Positions 60,330 to 64,000 of a DNA stretch of 64,000 nucleotides are shown piece by piece. The notes under the pieces are model-generated. The model was not told where the DNA came from. It saw nothing but the letters and a program-made list of their open reading frames with translations, and searched no databases. Positions within the stretch are counted from its first letter, which is position 1, and the number at the start of each line of letters is the position of its first letter. The DNA lies in contig NC_087436.1 of assembly GCF_036321535.1 (NCBI RefSeq), forward strand, positions 102,178,001 to 102,242,000, read 5' to 3'. A program made the translations under genes and the position numbers. The stretch is from Camelus dromedarius. Taxonomy: Eukaryota.

Positions 60330-62950
60330 TTTCCTACTTTTTCAACATCATCTTGGATGACTTTATTAACATAGTAGGGCATAAAATGTATAGATTAAAA
60401 AGAAGAAATAAAACTCTCATTTCTTTATGGTATGATTACTGTCTAGAAAATATCAGCAACAAAGTTAAGTAGCATCACTTAAGATACCAATAACAATTGC
60501 AAGTACAAATGAATGGTGCTTAGAATTAACCTGATAATATATGTTTAAGACAATTGTGAGAAAATTGTAAGTTTTTGAGACTTTAAATAAGTCTTGTGTA
60601 AAGTTAGAGATATATAATGGTCAAAGACAGAAATATTTAATATTAAAAGATATTCATTACCCCCCCAATTTATAGCTTGAGTAAAGTTTCAATTAAAAAC
60701 CCTACTATTTTTCTTAATGGAAATGTACAAGTTAGTGCTACAATGTACATTAACAGGTGAGAAATCAAAATTAGCTAAGGCACAATTGAGAGAGAAGAAT
60801 AAGAAAATTTCCATTAATAAACACTGAAATAATAAAAAAGTTTTGATCAAATATCACTGACAAGAATAAGTTAATATTCCAGAACACTGTTCAGAATTAT
60901 TTAGAAGAGGTAACTTAGAAACAGCACTTCATTTTAGGAAACTGATTATATGGCACAGAAAATAAGTGTATGATAATCTATGTAGGAGTGGGATAGTGTA
61001 GATGAGTGCTGAGAAGTAATTATCTATATACAAATAAAAACAAATCCTTACTTCACACAATAAATAAAAAGTCAATTTCAGATGGATGAAGAAATTTATT
61101 GTAAAAGCAAAACGTTAGATGTTCTAAGAAAGTTTAAGTTAACTTTTTTTTTTTACTTTTGGATAAATAAGAATTCTTAAAGAATTTTTAAAAATTAAAA
61201 ACCTAAAGGAAATAATATAATCAATTTTATTCAAATTAAGCACTTTTATTCATCAAAAGATACTAAAAGAATATATTTTAAAAATACATAATAAAAGTAA
61301 TAGTGATGTTCATAGTGTAAAAGAATCACTATAAATCATTAAGAAAAATAGATAACTCAATAGAAAAATGACAAAAGATAGAAGCAGAAAATTCATAGAA
61401 GCAAGCTGGTCAACAGGCAGATTTAAGTATGATCAACTCATTCATCATCATGGAAATGCAAATTAAAAATATGATGAAATAATATTTTAAAAATTTTCAG
61501 ATTGGAAAAAAATGTCTATATCAAATTTTGACAAGTAGATAAAGCAGTGGAAATTCTTACACATTGTTGGATACAAGGTAAAATGGTATATCCATTTTAG
61601 GAAATAGACTCAGTATTATTAACAAAATCGAATATATGTGTCATCTAATAGCCAGTGATTTCACCTTTGAATACATACCCTAGGGAAACTCTTGCCTATA
61701 TGCTCCAGGGAGAGGAGTAAGAACAGAAGCAGTGTTGTCTGAACAATAAGTTCTGTAATAAACCACAGGTGGGAGACTAGATAAGTCAGTCATCCTACAT
61801 CTAAATTCTGGATCACTATAAGGCAGTAGAATGTAGGATATGTCTTTTTTTTTTTCACATCACCAAGCAACTCCTCTGCATCAGTTGGGTGTCTCACATT
61901 CCCATTCAATTTTGATATGGTCTACTTAGAAATAACATCAGATCCCTCAAGTGAAAGGTTTAGTCCCACAAGACTGCCCCCACTTCAGACACCAAGTCCA
62001 GGTTGTTACATGTGCTTTCGACTAGCTATCTACGGATTGAAGATTCCCTTAACCCCTTTCAAGGGTTCATTAATTTGTTAGAGTGGCTCACAGAACTGAA
62101 GAAACCAAATTAGTTACTAAACTACAGTTTATTACAAAGGAAATTAAAGGATAGGAATGAACAACCGGATGAATAAATACATAGGGAGAGGTCCTGACCA
62201 CAGAAGTTTCTGTCTTGAAAAGTGTGGGGCCAGCATGTGGATATATTTTGATTGGTTCACCAACTGGAAGCTCTCCCATCCCACTCCTTTCAGATTTTTA
62301 TGGAGGTTCCATTACCGAGGCGTGACTGATTACGACTGATTAAATCATTACCCATTATTAACTGATTCAACCTCCAGTCTCTGCCGTTCCCAGAAGTTGA
62401 GAGGTAAGGACTAAGATTTTCAATCCTCGAACTACAGTTAGTTCCCTTGGCAAGCAGCCTCCCAACTTCAGGGGATTTCCAAAAGTCAGCTCATTAATGT
62501 AACAAAAGACAACTTTATCCCTGCTCTCATCACTTATAAAATTCCAAGTGTTTTAGGATCTCTGTGCCAGAAACCAGATAGAAGACCAAATCTGTATTTC
62601 TCCTTATAATCATAATATCATACATACTGTTAAACATAATGAATGTCACCAATAAAATTTTGAAGGAAAAGAGAGTTTCAGAGAAATTCATATAACATGA
62701 CTTAATTTATATAAAACTAAATTGTCTGCCTTTGAACCTTATGTCTGTTGTGGTATGCTTATATGCATGATCAAACTGTAAAGAAAAAAATATGACGGCT
62801 TCCTATGAAGGGAGTTAATGGATCTGGGACGGGTTCAAAGAGTTCCTCAAAGACACTAATAATATTCTATTCCTTAATTGGAGAGTTTAGTGCATAGATC
62901 TTACTTTCATTATTGTTCTGAACTGTATATGTTACATATATAATATATGA
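60330..62950 (+). mobile_element. Old L1ME-type ORF2/3'UTR remnant, split by a MER21 LTR
   Basis: 'tatgattactgtctagaaaat', 'aagtcaatttcagatggatgaagaaattt' and 'catggaaatgcaaattaaaaatatgatgaaataa'; resumes at ~62625. Confidence 0.7.
61832..62623 (-). mobile_element. MER21B/C-like LTR
   Basis: 'gtcccacaagactgcccccacttcagacacc', 'taatttgttagagtggctcacagaact', and end 'ctgtgccagaaaccagatagaagaccaaatctgtatttc...atcataatatcataca'. Confidence 0.85.
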
Positions 62951-63070
62951 TGCTATATAAATAAACTTCCATAATATATATATCATTTATATATTTATAC
63001 AACATATAGAGAACATATATACACATATATATGTATACCTACACATATATATGTGTATATATGTATATAA
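62935..63070. repeat. (TA/CA)n low-complexity tract
   Basis: Directly visible. Confidence 0.75.
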
Positions 63071-63309
63071 TGGATATGATACGTATTATATTTTCAAAAT
63101 TTTAAAGAAATATTAGGCCAAGAATAACAAAAGAAATATGTCTCCACTAATGACTAATGTTAATCACGTAGGAATTCTGGTAAATAGAAATACAAATTAT
63201 TTATCTTTTGAAGTCAGTGGGGTAGCCAAAATGCTGTTTGCCTTGGATACTCTTTCCATTTCTGAGGGAGGATATGCAGGGCAGAACAATAAACAGACGG
63301 GTAAAATGT

Positions 63310-63560
63310 AGGTGAGAGAAACATGGTTTTTCAAGAAGAGAAGTGCAGCGTTTAAAAAGAGCATAAACTTAAAATCAAGTTGACCTGGTTTCCATCTTCG
63401 CTCACCATCTTCAACACAATATTTAATTTCTCGGTACGTTTCTTTATCTTTAAAATAGGTATAGCAATATACAGTATCACTGAGCGATTGTGAGGATTAA
63501 TTGTAATAACCACCAATACGCTTCTTACACGGTCGAGTCTCAAAGCATGTTATTTCCATC
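63310..63560 (+). mobile_element. MIR SINE
   Basis: 'caatatttaatttctcggtacgtttctttatctttaaaataggtatagcaata...gattgtgaggattaattg'. Confidence 0.7.
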
Positions 63561-64000
63561 TACCTTCTCTATAATGTGTGAAACAACAATAATAAAAAAG
63601 GTAAAGAGTGATATTTTGATCTCAGTTTGGAAGTATATCCCATAAGAAAAGACTCAAAGAATTTTTTATAGAGGCTTTGAAATAAATTGTTCCTGAGACC
63701 AGAGATCACTGAAAAAGATAGCAAAGATTAGTATTTTTTAGAGATTTAGAACTCCCTTCTAAGGTTGAGTTCTGTTATAAACAATTTGCCAGTTAGAAGT
63801 TCAATTTTTGTGAGTAGATAGCCAAGCTTAGCATTCATCTTCTTAATAACGCAAAAAAAATACTGTGAGAGAAAAGTAATAATTTTTTTTCTTTCTGACG
63901 TTATCTCCCAGAGTAGCCCTTCTAATAAGAATATATCTAAAGATAGACTAAAGCAGGCTGAATTTGACAGTGTCAGATGTCCACATTAATGCAAATAGCT

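Noticed and set aside
1..64000. Prokaryotic-type systems (CRISPR arrays, operons) and tRNA/rRNA genes
   Set aside because: The sequence is mammalian repeat-rich DNA. I saw no repeat-spacer array, dense ORFs or structured RNA gene.

Overview
AT-rich, CpG-depleted eutherian genomic DNA that looks intergenic or deep-intronic. It is probably from a camelid or another cetartiodactyl, judged from the young L1 3' ends and the absence of any recognisable Alu, B1, Bov-A, PRE or Can SINE. I found no intact protein-coding gene; most ORFs in the track fall in repeats or are chance ORFs. The window is largely fossil transposons: a near full-length L1 (~26.2-32.5 kb), a young twin-primed L1 with a perfect TSD (~10.5-11.2 kb), old L1/HAL1, L2, L3/CR1, MIRs, many MaLR (MLT1) LTRs, MER21- and MER34-like LTRs, and hAT MITEs. 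Two non-repeat fossils stand out. One is a decayed, intronless CDT1 retrocopy (~52.4-53.4 kb). The other is an unannotated ~1.9 kb segment (~17.15-19.1 kb) holding two diverged tandem copies of a decayed ORF, whose reconstructed peptide resembles foamy-virus Bet/Bel2 with no gag, pol, env or LTR beside it. Repeat family names and protein comparisons come from remembered consensus sequences, not searches, and boundaries are approximate unless a TSD is given.
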